From Tubiluchus corallicola (lineage: Eukaryota; Animalia; Priapulida): DNA of 64,000 bases. A model generated the notes under the pieces. The model saw nothing but the letters and a program-made list of their open reading frames with translations. It searched no databases and was not told the origin of the DNA. The translations under genes were made by a program, and so were the position numbers. The stretch spans positions 70,703 through 134,702 of the forward strand of contig JAQGDQ010000503.1 of assembly GCA_030141605.1 (NCBI GenBank). Direction: 5' to 3'. Shown in pieces: positions 40,293 to 52,880 of the stretch; positions within the stretch are counted from its first letter, which is position 1, and every line of letters begins with the position of its first letter.

Positions 40293-41285
40293 CTATAAAG
40301 CCATTCCTTTCTTCCCAATGCCAGTCTCGTCATTTATGTAATACAAAAACTTTGGCATTTACTCATTGTGTAACTCTATAAAGCCATTCCTTTCGTTGCG
40401 ATGCCAGTCTCGTCATTTATGTAATACAAAAACTTTGGCATTTACTCATTGTGTAACTCTATAAAGCCATTCCTTTCTTCGCAATGCCAGTCTCGTCATT
40501 CATGTAATACAAAAACTTCGGGCATTTACTCATTGTGTAACTCTATAAAGCCATTCCTTTCGTTGCGATGCCAGTCTTGTCATTCATGTAATACAAAAAC
40601 TTTGGCATTTACTCCTTGTGTAACTCTATAAAGCCATTGCTTTCGTTGCGATGTCAGTCTCGTCATTCATGTAATACAAAAACTTCGGGCATTTACTCAT
40701 TGCGTAACTCTATAAAGCCATTCCTTTCTTCGCAATGCCAGTCTTGTCATTCATGTAATACAAAAACTTTGGCATTTACTCATTGCGTAACTCTATAAAG
40801 CCATTGCTTTCATTGCGATGCCAGTCTTGTCATTCATGTAATACAAAAACTTTGGCATTTACTCATTGTGTAACTCTATAAAGCCATTGCTTTCGTTGCG
40901 ATGCCAGTCTTGTCATTCATGTAATACAAAAACTTTGGCATTTACTCATTGTGTAACTCTATAAAGCCATTGCTTTCGTTGCGATGCCAGTCTTGTCATT
41001 CATGTAATACAAAAACTTTGGCATTTACTCATTGTGTAACTCTATAAAGCCATTGCTTTCGTTGCGATGCCAGTCTTGTCATTCATGTAATACAAAAACT
41101 TTGGCATTTACTCATTGTGTAACTCTATAAAGCCATTGCTTTCATTGCGATGCCAGTCTTGTCATTCATGTAATACAAAAACTTTGGCATTTACTCATTG
41201 TGTAACTCTATAAAGCCATTCCTTTCATTGCGATGCCAGTCTTGTCATTCATGTAATACGAAAACTTTGGCCTTTACTCATTGTA
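40293..41285. repeat. 83-bp minisatellite, ~12 copies
   Basis: ctataaagccatt recurs at 40293, 40376, etc. Confidence 0.96.
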
Positions 41286-41394
41286 AGGTGAATAATGCGA
41301 ACTAAATTTTCATCATGACAACCGTAAATGGATATGAATGACCATATTAATTGTTACCAAAATGTCAGGAGCGGAAAGCAGACTATGTAGACTA

Positions 41395-41565
41395 GGAGCG
41401 GAGCTGGCGGAAGCACCACGCCCTGCTCTAAAGGGTAGCTGGCAAGAACGTAGTGCACGTAGCAATCCGCACGGGCCCAAAACGAACATTTCCCAGGCCC
41501 TGGCATCCTATGTTTATGAGGCGGAAACGAGGCCCGATACCGGGCCTGTCAAAATTTCTACATCT
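41395..41565 (-). pseudogene. Frameshifted paralog of the 39724-39891 exon
   Basis: CRNFDRPGIGPRFRLINIGCQGLGNVRFG, then a 47-nt (out-of-frame) spacer before EQGVVLPPAPL. Confidence 0.55.
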
Positions 41566-44500
41566 TGCTGCACACTAAATGCTGTAAAATAAACTAATTT
41601 AATTACATTCTAATTTATTGTAGTAATTTACCTCATCACCCTTGGTGCCACCTGATAATGTTCATCTTTGTTGAATTAAAATTACAAAATAGTAGCAAAT
41701 TAAACTCACATTGGTTTGTGAACCTGTGCCTCCATTACATCCCAGTATGGTGGGCGTACCCTGGCTGGGGGAGCCAAACCTTGGGCTCTGGCTGTCCCAC
41801 AAGCCTGCTCGTGCCGTTTGTCTGTGCCGTAGTGGAACGGGCATGCTGCGGTGGTCCGATGCCGATTGTATTGCATATTCATGTTGTCAAGACCACCGCA
41901 ATGAGCAAAGTAGAAGCATCTGAAATGCAAAAGTAAAATTTAGGCTTCATTTCACATTTCATTTTCTTCAAACTATTTCAGATTTCACCAGCATCCTAGA
42001 TTTGGCTTTATGAATTCATAAACTTGAATTTATGTCGAATTCAAGAATATTTTTCCTTTTATGTAAGTTTATAGCCATTTTATTTTACAATATTTAGGCA
42101 CTTCCTAGCAAACCGAATGACATTTCAATTCCACCCCTATAGCACTGCACGTCTGCTAAATTGAGGCGGAAATTTACTTCCCCATATTCCCCAAGGTTGT
42201 ATTTCGTGTACAGTCTCTTTCGTGTGGATTTTCACTGTCTAGGAAGAAGTTTTATGCTCAACTCAACTGCCGGGCTGGGGCTGTCTGCCTCTTATATACG
42301 TGCACAGCGTGACCGTGGTACCACTCCTTAGCTGGCTTCATCGAGCGAGCATCTTATTAACATAATTATTTAACATAATCTCCTGCTCTTAGTCTATAAT
42401 TTAACAGGTTCTCTTTACTATCACCTTTGACCTTTATGTTCTTTAGTTTTAGTGGAATGTGAATACGGTTGGACCCGACTTGCTTGTAAAAAAGAATTTA
42501 AAATAATTAGCTAAGTATAGAGTAAATCATGGTTGGCCACATCACTGGAACACTCACCTATCCAGGATGTGACCAGACCTTCTGATTTACATCTTTATTA
42601 TTAACTCTTGAACGGCATTTGCACTTGTAAATTGTATTTGCCTTTGTATAAAATAGAAGCACTTGTGAGGCAATAGTGAGAGGTTCACCTGGAGGAACAA
42701 TGTGATGTTTAAGACATAAGACACCAGAACCTTATTTCACACATGTAACCTTTTACAAGCAAGTAATGGAGAATTAGACGAAACACTCCTGCTATAGAAT
42801 GAGCAAAAGTTGCGAAATCTGCCACCTAAAAGTGAGTACTCCCAATAGCGCGACACTTTTGTAAAAAGAGAATGTCAACTATTGTTGGCAGGCCTCAACA
42901 AGAACAGAACCCCAGTCGTAGGTGTAAAAGAGTTTTGAACACTAAATTTGGACTATAATCCTCAATCACAGTTAGTAAGGCAAAAATAGACCTCCACAAC
43001 CTGTACTCTTAAACCACTACAACAATTTCAATCGGGGCACGTTATTGTTGGCTTGATAAGGCTTATCCTAGGCCGAATCTTACAAAAATAATTCCTCAAC
43101 TCGATCATCTATGATTTAATGTGTTAATTTAAAAGTCGAAGAGCCAGTATTTGTTGAGAAGAAAGCTTTTATTGTGAAGAATCTGGCGTGTATTTTAAGG
43201 CCTGTTTGGGCTTTACGGTGACAAACAAAGTCATCATTTTGCTCAGCATAACTGTTTATTGTTTGTGTACCATTTTCACGTCACTTGCCCCTTAGTCATT
43301 TACTTCATCATATCTGACACTGTGACGCCATTACCCAAAATATTACATTTTATCTGAAACAAGATATATAAATTCCTTTAATAAACTAACTCATTTCTAT
43401 CAAAGGGTCGATTACGATTACGTGAAATTAATGAGAAACTTGCAGTAAATAAAATAAATAACTAAATATTACATACATTGTTGGCATTAAATCGTGAGTT
43501 CACAGAAACACGTCATCACATGAACACATTGAAACTTAAATGACCGGAAATTGACTAGGATGCAAATATTGAGGCCAGGTGTCGCCACTTGTAACTGTAA
43601 AACGCTATATTGAATTTAACAAAACAAAAATCCTTGACAAGGCCTCTGTAAAAGAAGCTTTGGAATGGTACATTGTGCGACTTACCGCTAACAGAAATCT
43701 CTGATATAAATGTAACTCCCCCCCCCCAACACCTAAATTATCAGTAATGAAGGTAGATGTGCTTGATTTGGCATCAAATAAGATGAATACAGCAAGTTCA
43801 ACTCTGAGATAAGTAGCGTAGATATGTTTTCGATACTAGAATGAAGCAAAGCGTGCAACGTATTTCTAATAGTTCCTGGTTAAACGCTGCCTTCTAGTCA
43901 AATCTTTCTGTAATGTGTTGTTAGGCAACATGAATATGTATATATATCATTTTTATTCGCACTCGTGGTACAATCACATCAAATCAACAAATAGTTCAAC
44001 ATGCAAAATAACATTAATTAATAAGATTAGTAAGCAGTGTGAATATATACAATTAACTGACACAAGTAAAATAATTGTTTGTCTATTTGCTGTTTTGCAT
44101 TGCTAGCTGTATATTGGTGTTTTTGGGATGGCAAAACTATTAAGACTCAAGTTAAGAAACGTTTATTAAACATTTTAAAAGTAAATATCATAACAGATAG
44201 TCATGCCAAGCCCCCTGATCTGATCCGCTCTGATCTGGTCTCTGGTCTGATCTCCTGAGGTGCGGGCATGACAAAGATTTTCTAGGCTATCAAGCTCCGG
44301 AAGCTTCGGGCGCATCGACCGCCTGCGCTAAGTTCGATTCTGAATCACTTGATCACGTGATACCACACCTTAACTGGTCTTCATGCCAACATTTCATCAG
44401 AATTATTGTTTAGCATAATTTAACACTTTTAACACAATTTAACAGCTCTTCTTTACTCTACAGTAAGATATGTTAGCATGGCGTACAACTCATTCCTGTC

Positions 44501-46290
44501 AAAAAATCAAAACAATTACATTCCAGAGCCCATGTAACTTCTTTAATGAAATTTACAGTATGTATTTGTTCATCGCCAGCATTACCTCTTACATCTAATG
44601 TACAAGAAAAACTTTAGAAAGAAAATTTTCATTTCTGTAAAAAGTTTTGTACTCATTACAAATAGATAACAAATTATAACCCATTATAGAAGAGGTATGA
44701 AATTCGTGCAAAGAAATGGCTATATGGTTTTCACTATATAAGCCACTGTGGTAAAATTTACCAAATCGTTTTTATAGTTGTTTAAGCAGGGGAACAATAT
44801 CACATATAAAAAGAAGACAGTATTTGTGTGATCTAAATGGCAAATTCTAAAGTTTTTCAGACTAGATGTCACTAGTCACTCACTTCTTTCTTTTTCTCCT
44901 CTCTACTCTAGTATCACTGTAGTCTAGTATCACTGTAGTCTAGTATCACTGTAGTCTAGTATCACTCTAAGTGTGTAGTGATACTAGGCTCAATTGTGTG
45001 ACACGTAGAGCATTTATATAGGTAGTGTTAACTAATTAAGTGGTCAACAGAAGTCCAATAGGTAATGTTAAAAATAACAAAAACTTTATTAAAACTTTTA
45101 CATTAAAAAGTAAAAAGGTAAAATCATGCCAAACGCCTCGACTAGTATGTCTGCTGAAATTGTGCCATTGGTCACGACAACGGTTGACGGTGGCTCCATC
45201 AAAACAAAAAAGCATAGGGAAAAAAACGTTAAAAAACTTGTTAACTGAGAGCAGTTCCGAAGATGAAACTGATTATTGAATTAGGATAACTCGAACACTT
45301 GGTTATTATGCTAGAATAACTCCAAAAGCTCCTAACTAGTACATCAACGTGGAACCGATAAACGTTGATATCCAGTGAACACTAAGTGAAAATTAAGAGA
45401 AATGTAGTTAACATATACAATAAGATTATTCAGATTAATATAATGCACACAAAATCTGTATTCATTGTTCTTTTCACATTTTATGCACTCACTTCAAGGC
45501 ATTAAGATCACACTGCAAAGAAAGAGTGTTTAATGCTGGCAACTGTTGTACTGAGTCACAATCATTTTTTATTTATCTAGTTACTATCTGGCATCTCAAT
45601 ATTATTTTGGCATAGATTCTTATCTATCTTAACCTAAGTTATTTTGATTATTTGCATCTCATGATGTCTAGTGACCTTTTTATGTCTAGATTTATTTGTT
45701 CTTCATTTCTAATTAAATCTACAATTTACTGATTAAAATAAAATACACTTGGTACTTTACACAGAACTCTGCTAGTTAGTGCATTAACTATTATGTCTTG
45801 CCAATGGATGGTTTGCCAATTGTAGCCGATTTGCATAAATGTGTTGCTAAGCAACTTACTTTTTTATCCCTCTGAAGCAGACATGTACACATTGCAGAAA
45901 CCGTATACATAGCTGAACAGTCATAATCTATACAGGATAGCTCCCTCAACCTTTATTAATGACTGTGTATCTTGCATTCACCGTTGTTGCACTCAGTCAG
46001 AATGAGTCATGCTGCGAGGTTTTTGGTAAGCTATTTCGCCTAGCAAAAAATGACACTATGAAGAAAAAGTCAAAAAAGAAGAAAAAGCAACATTGGCTGA
46101 TAGGTTTCATTCTTTCTGCGATACAGTGTTAAAGGATCATTATTTTCTTGTTAGCCCCTATTTTTAGAAGAATCTTTCTAACTTGGAGTTTTTCTTACCT
46201 TGACGCCCTGGTTATTACTGAAGTCTGTTATACCAGCAAAGCTTCTTTCGTGGTAACCACGGATTATCGCGTTCATGTGGAGTTTCTGTG

Positions 46291-46504
46291 GAAATGGATC
46301 TCTGTTATAGTTGGCTTCACGAACAATCCTTTAAAAAGATAAAGCCCTTCCTCCTCAGCTTCAATGTTTGGGAGATATACTTCAGCATCAGTGGAGTTCT
46401 GGGGAAGGTTTAGTGGTGCTGATGTGCATTTATCTGGGGCGGAGGCAAGAGGGGTGGTCTCTTCCTAATTGTTCGTGAAGCCAACTATAACAGAGATCCA
46501 TTTC
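46291..46504. repeat. Perfect 37-bp inverted repeat with 140-bp loop
   Basis: gaaatggatctctgttatagttggcttcacgaacaat (46291-46327) is the exact reverse complement of 46468-46504. Confidence 0.95.
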
Positions 46505-46546
46505 TGCAAGAGTTCAACATAAGTGATAGAGTTATTTTAGTCTTCA

Positions 46547-48140
46547 TTTTTATTTTATTTTTTTATTTTTATTTTTTTATTTTTTTTATAAGTAAGACAA
46601 CATATTATCAAAGGCACCTGGTCTTTTGAGCGCCATTTGGGTCAGTGTCCTAATGATAGTTCTTCCATATCTATTGGGCCACTCCTCATTTTGTTCGCTT
46701 AAACCATGCCCCACCCATTTGGGTTGGTGACAAATACATTTTGTTTCAAACAGTCTGCATCTTGCACAAAGATTTCTACAGTATGATCTCCAATTTCTCA
46801 CATTGTAGTGGAAATTGTGCTTTTTGGACTTCACTAAGACATAAAAAACCCACATAGCCTGAAAATAGGAGTTAGTCCCTGGATAGAGTAATGATCCGAT
46901 TCCTTTTAATGCAAACGTCCCCAAGGGGTCAGTTTCATCAAACCAGATTTCTTTGAATCTAACTTCTTCAATCGGATCAATGATCCATGTGCTTGATGGT
47001 ATACATCGGAGGCTGGAGTAAGTTTCAGACAACCTAGAGTGCAATTCCAGCATAACCTCAGTATAGTTGTGAGGTTCTTTTCCTGCATAATAGAAATTAA
47101 TGATGTCATTTATTCCTTGGGCGGGTGTGATGTTTACAGTGTCTGCACAGGCTAGCCTATCACAGTAAAAGATACATTCAGTGTTTTCTAGAGAACTTGA
47201 CCATGGTTTCATTATATAGTATGTGGCATATTGGAATCCTAGTTGAGTTAGTCTAGATATTGTTTTATCTGATAGATTTTCTGCAATCAGTTTAAGTAGG
47301 ACCTTTTTAGGTTTATACTCAAAACAGAGGTCTATTGCAACATCGACAAGATCACAGTAATATGTCGGATTCATGACTTCAGCATCAAAAGTCAACACTG
47401 AGATTTCACCTCGTCTGAACTGATGTTTTAATGAATTGATTGTCTTTGGGTTAAATAGATCACCGTCAGTAAGGTTGTTCCTTAGGATCTGTTCCCAGTA
47501 TTCGACACAATGACGACAAAATGTGTTCAAAGGCTTAGAATTGAAAGTGTCCTCTAAAAGGGACATATTGGTTTCTACTAAACTATTATAAACTACATAC
47601 AATGGGTTCATGAGATGCAAAAACCCTGATAAAATTGATCCGTCTCCTTCAGCTAGGCACACAAGACCCCCTGGTTCGAAGTGAGTACTTCCTAATACTT
47701 CTAGAAATTTGTTTATACTAGTGCTGGTTATTCCAAACGGCCTAGCAATGTGGTGTAAATAGTGGCCTTTCCTTCTGGCTTTTGTGCTTGGTTCCATCCT
47801 AGGTAGTCTCACCGTACCCATGGGCGGTCTGATTCTAGATGTTGTTGCTGTTTGCCTGGTCTTGATGTTGATGTTTTTGATATCTTCAAACTTGTGGGCA
47901 ACTATGATCCTAGAAGATAGAAACTCAGATAGTGGAGGCAAGTTGATTGTTTCGTTCACTTGGGTGAGTTTAATCCTACCCCTACTAAGGTGTTTGATTG
48001 CTCTTCTCAAATCTGAATAAGTGATATCAGCAGGGATGTAGAGAATTGGTGCTAACTTATTTTCTAAGTATATCCCTACGCAAGAAGCGTACAATACACA
48101 CAACCAATACAACGAATTATTGAAATTCCGGCAATTCTTA
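46547..48140 (-). other. Endogenous viral element: C-terminal part (cap methyltransferase + CTD) of a Mononegavirales/Jingchuvirales L protein, ORF 46586-48112, with A-rich tail
   Basis: RPFGITSTSINK (K), CLAEGDGS (SAM-binding GxG), VYNSL, TFDAE (D), LLKL (K), KPWSSSLENTE (E): K-D-K-E 2'-O-MTase layout of negative-strand RNA virus L proteins; intronless; stop followed by TAAAAAAAATAAAAAAAT... Confidence 0.85.
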
Positions 48141-48254
48141 AACTAAGTCCAACTATATTAGTGTCCAATAAAAGGGCAACAAAACGTTTTATAAAAGTGA
48201 ACTGCAAACAATTGACACTAAAAAATTGTATCACCTAACATCAATCTATATAAC

Positions 48255-50940
48255 TTACTTGCAGAGAGATACCGCTTTGCTTAAAACTTGAACGAGCTCG
48301 CCAACTCTTCCCAAAGCTGGGTGTTCCCTATAGAGGCTGCTAATGTCCTCCCAACCGAAACCTACATTTGCCTTGATGACGGCGAAAAAATGCTTGCACA
48401 GCATTCTCGAGTGTTGGAATGAAGGGCAAGAGCAAGAACAGCACTCATCACCATTACCAAATTTTACGGTATAAATAGTGGAGGCATCTTGTTCGCTGGA
48501 GACATTGAACGTCTTATGTCCAATTACTGTAACTAAGGCTACCTAAGAATATGAAACAGTAAGTACTTAACCTGAAAATACAAGGCATTATAGCAGCAAA
48601 TGGTGCCTATTGAAGATTCACTTATATGGAACTACGTTTATTGTATCGCTAACCTGTACAGAAAGCACATTACATCAACAACATCATGTATTGCAATATA
48701 TTGCCGAACACTAAGAAATGTGATGTAATACTTATAAACCGAAATCCATTATTGCTGGTAATTTCTGATTCAAGTATACCATACATGTACCTGTGACGGC
48801 TTCACTTTCTCCATTTTGTCCCACATATCCTCAAAAATTGTTCTTGGCCTGTTCTGCAGCCAGGATGGGACTTCCACAGACCAACTTCTGTACAAGTGAG
48901 AGCTCTTCACATTCATCTGCTCATAGCTAGAAAATGTATGAGATCTGAATTAAAAATACAGTTTGCAAATATATTGGACTGCTCTCCGCTGTCAATGGAG
49001 GCAGAACGGATGGCACCGCGGCCTACACCGTGCGGCATGTCTCAACTAACATGTCAATGCCAAACCAAAACCAAAATGAATAATAAAATCAAAATGACAA
49101 TTTATTACAAAAAAATATTCCAAATAGCTTACCGAACAGAGTAGAATAGAGCAAGCCTGAAGTGTGAACAGAGCTGAGGTGAGACGACCACTGACCAGGA
49201 TCTACAGCAGACCTACCCTTTTTATAAGCTCAGGTGTGCACGTGACTAGTGGCTCCTACTAACACAAAGTCAGAATAAGAGTCGATGTGCTAGTTAAAGC
49301 CACGTTCACACGCACACCTGAGAAGTCTGCTGTATTCCCCTGCCAGTATTACACTATCTCATCACAGCCCTGCAGTACAATATTTTAGATATTTTCTTTA
49401 CCAATAAATAACATACAACTTTAACCGTTGTAACTTCAGAGAACTACACAAACAAGAATACTTGAGAAACTAGCAAAAGCTTCTCCAAGCCGAATAACAA
49501 CCTTATTACAAAATAAACAAATTTAATATCCTGATTTGGTCACCCTGTCTCTCATAAAGGTGCTGCTAATCTGAAAATCAGGAAATTATGTTAGAAAATA
49601 ATTTTCCACTTTAATAATCTCAACTGTTTGTTTACAAATGTAACTGTAACTTTCTGTTATTGTTCAATGAAAAATAATAACAGATATGGTAGATGAACTT
49701 TTGAAAAATAGTACCGCTGGTATTTTGCTGGCAGCAAGTGTGTTATTAGAACATCCAGCAGTTCACTGCCGCCTCTTGCTGAGAAATCCATATTTCAGAT
49801 CCTCGTTCATCCTCTCTACACCGTTATTCGTGTTCACAGCCAAGAGGAGTTCTTCTGGCCTAACAGAGCACTGCCGCCTCTTGCTGAGAAATCCATATTT
49901 CAGATCCTCGTTCATTCGCTCTACACCGTTATTGGTGTTCACAGCCAAGAGGAGTTCTTCTGGCCTATAAGCATTGCTCCATTTCTGAAACGTATTATCT
50001 TAACATAGTGGACATGTTAGCTATACTGAACGGTACCGTACAAACAACTTTACGAAAAAAAAGCCTACTTGGTTAGTAAATTGTGACATTTTACATAAAC
50101 TGACACAATGCTTATCAGATGGTATTTTGTCAAGTTTTAGAGTTTGCACATTAACATGAACAATTCATTAATTGCTACCCAATTAAAAGTTTAAAGTTGT
50201 TATCCAATTATGGTTTAACCTGTAATATAAAAAATTAATAGAACGTGTAAAACTAATTTATAAATTTAGCTGATTTAAAAATATCTAATAGGTTAATAAC
50301 ACTCACGTAAATTTCAGTTATACTCACCTTGATTTCTGGCAGCCAGGTTTTACCAAACCAGTGCTGAAGTTTGGAGCTCTCTTGGTATATCTTGCAGGAC
50401 TGGAGAGCTCTCAGGGAAGCTTGCAGCTTTGCATCAGAGCTAGCTCTGGCAACTTGTCTTAAGCGGCACTTTATTTCCTCAACATGTTCTGGATTAGCTG
50501 CCACCCCATTTGATCCCTTACTGAGCCATCTTACCCAGGTTTGCTCACGGTGGAAATCACATAAAAATACTTTAATGCCTAAAATGCAAGGAACAAAGTT
50601 ACGCATAGTAAAAGAAGCTGATAATCATGACCACATTAGCATGATTACGTCTTCACCCAACAAAATAATACTCGTTTTTCAGAAATCTGTACCAATTACA
50701 TTAACCCCTCCCAAAAACATTTCACTAGTAATGACAGGTTGAGTATTCACTTTTGCACATTGGCACATTTAAGGGCATGTTCTCACAGGTAAATGTGATC
50801 TACATGTAGATATCCTATTGTTTACCTAGAAATGTTTCTTCCAGAGCTAAAGTTTCTTCTGATGCAAAATCCACCATTGCAAACTGATGCAAAGGAGTCC
50901 AGCTTTTTACAACAGCCAAAGCTTTTGCGATGGTTGTTCT
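48255..50940 (-). mobile_element. Intron-containing MULE (Mutator-like) transposase with SWIM finger, decayed
   Basis: AMVDFASEE (~50860), VFLCDFHREQTWVRW (CxxH), NTNNGVERMNEDLK (catalytic E), VPSWLQNRP, SWIM CSCSCPSFQHSRMLCKHFFAV (~48380-48440). Confidence 0.85.
49763..49968. repeat. ~105-bp tandem duplication inside the MULE catalytic exon
   Basis: AVNTNNGVERMNEDLKYGFLSKRRQ encoded twice in frame. Confidence 0.9.
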
Positions 50941-51469
50941 TGTTGCAAATGAAACAGTTGAAAGAGCTTATCGTTTTTGAACTGAAATGAATAATGGCAC
51001 TAATCAGAGTGTAACTAGCAACACCTTTATACTCGCAACTGCATTTTTCAGCAAATTCTTTATAATTATTGGACTCATCATCATTGTTCTAAATATGCTT
51101 GTTGTCACTGCTATTCTCAAATATAAAAAGTTGCAAACATCGTCGAATTGACTGGTGCTTAATTTGTCAGTGGGTGATGGATTGTTTGGCAGCATGGCAT
51201 TGATGCTTGTAGACGGTTCTTGCACATGAATGTTATTTCTGCAAATAAGTGCTTATTTATTGTTATGCAAAAGTTTTAGTTATGCAAACTAAATTAACGA
51301 ATGCATCCATAATCGAAAGTAAGTAATGAATCACTAATGCATTTTAGTTTACTGAATAGCGCTCCAAACTGAGTTTTGCGAAACTCTGTTTCTACTTGTC
51401 AGAAAAATTGTCAACTAGTTTACAGCTACAATTTCTTACAATTTTTATTCGTAGCAGCATTCTACACCA

Positions 51470-52024
51470 TTAAAATTGTTGTTGAAAGTGACGATAATGT
51501 AATTTGCCAAAGATATGCCGAGATGTCACGTGTCTCTTCGAAAAACATAATATATGGTGATCGTCATCATCACTATCATCATCTCTCTCGGTCAAGTCAG
51601 TCTCGTTGGTAGCCAGCTCCGAATCACAACTCACATACTTCTCGAACGTTGTTTCCGATAAGTTTAGTTCACAGTGGCGATGAAGTCCCAAATGTTTCTT
51701 TCTTGTACAGACATCTCTGCGAGTAAGATATTCCCTCCGCTCGGCAGGCCTTTACACACCGCATTTGCATGTACCAGATAGTCAGAGCTTTCTCCGGTGG
51801 CTCTATATCTGATGTTCGCAATTCCTTCCATTTGTTTGTGACTTGATTTTTTCGTAAGCTTCCTTCAGTTTCTCCTTAGACGCGAAAATGCTGGATACCG
51901 TCTGTTTATTTAGGCCGTATTCTTCATAAATTTTGCTTTGTTTTGCACCAGTCTTGATTTTTTCGATAATCTCGATTTTTGTGACGAGCTCAATAGCTTT
52001 CCACTTCTGCTTGATACTGCTCAT
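51470..52024 (-). mobile_element. Internally deleted Tigger/pogo (CENP-B-like) transposase
   Basis: HTH_psq-like KAIELVTKIEIIEKIKTG...YGLNKQTVSSI, then EKALTIWY, joined to C-terminal FEKYVSCDSELAT plus an acidic tract; DDE core missing. Confidence 0.8.
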
Positions 52025-52369
52025 TGTGCCGTTTTGGTGGTGAGCAAAGGGCAGAAAAATGGCGAAACAATGTTCGTCTCGTCCATAAACAATACCAACC
52101 TCGTTCCCAGCAGGGTTGCCAGTATGGCATTTTCTTCCAGATCCAAAACCGAAATGCTGCTAGTAGAGTAGTAGTAAAATCTTTATTTGCCATTTTAAAA
52201 CATTGACCATCATATTAAAAGACAGACAATCAGTGTTAGTTCATATAAAAAACATACACTGTTCTGGGCAAATGCGTCTGGTGCAAGCTAAACTATAAGT
52301 GCAACTAGAAATTCAAAAATAAAATATAAACTAGTTTTGCAAGGTCTAGGAAAAAGGAAATTATGATTT

Positions 52370-52880
52370 GAGTAAGTATCATCGTGTTCGTATGTCGGAT
52401 ATTCAAAACGAGTCATTAAATGTTTTTTTTAATTTAGACTTGAATATTGATAAAGAGCTGCTGTGTTTTAGTGATGTCGGTAATGAATTCCTAGGTTGTA
52501 TTGCTTGCTTAGTTATGGAATTCTTTCCACATTGGTTGTTCGTTTTAACATCATTAGAATGTACATCGTTCTATTAGTTATTTAGAATGTACATCGTTCT
52601 ATTAGTTATACAGAAGTAAAATTGATTCAAAGTCCAAAATTCTGAATAGGTTACAATTCAATTACATTTACATGCATAGCAAATGTTTAGTAGACCTTGT
52701 GTAGTTCTGCAACAATTTTAGGAGAATTCCACTCATGAGTTATGTGCTGATAATAACAAAGCTGATTCAATGATGGTGTTTTGTGTATGTCATAGTTTGA
52801 ACACTCACAAAAATAATGGCGGGGGCTCTCAGTCGAACTGTTGCAGCTACAAGAGGGGTCATCGATGTATTCCTAGAAAA
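52370..52880 (-). mobile_element. Two LINE 3'-end remnants
   Basis: IDDPSCSCNSSTESPRHYFCEC (CCHC knuckle, ~52800-52865) and NSITKQAI..NSLPTSLK..SLSIFK (~52440-52530). Confidence 0.6.

Noticed and set aside
44200-44275. gtcatgcc...ggcatgac hairpin with ctgatct repeats
   Set aside because: An 8-bp stem with no TSD or recognisable RNA family; probably a TE subterminal remnant.
41658-45900. Short ORFs and TATA-like sites in 41.7-45.9 kb
   Set aside because: No recognisable domains or consistent exon chain; left unannotated.
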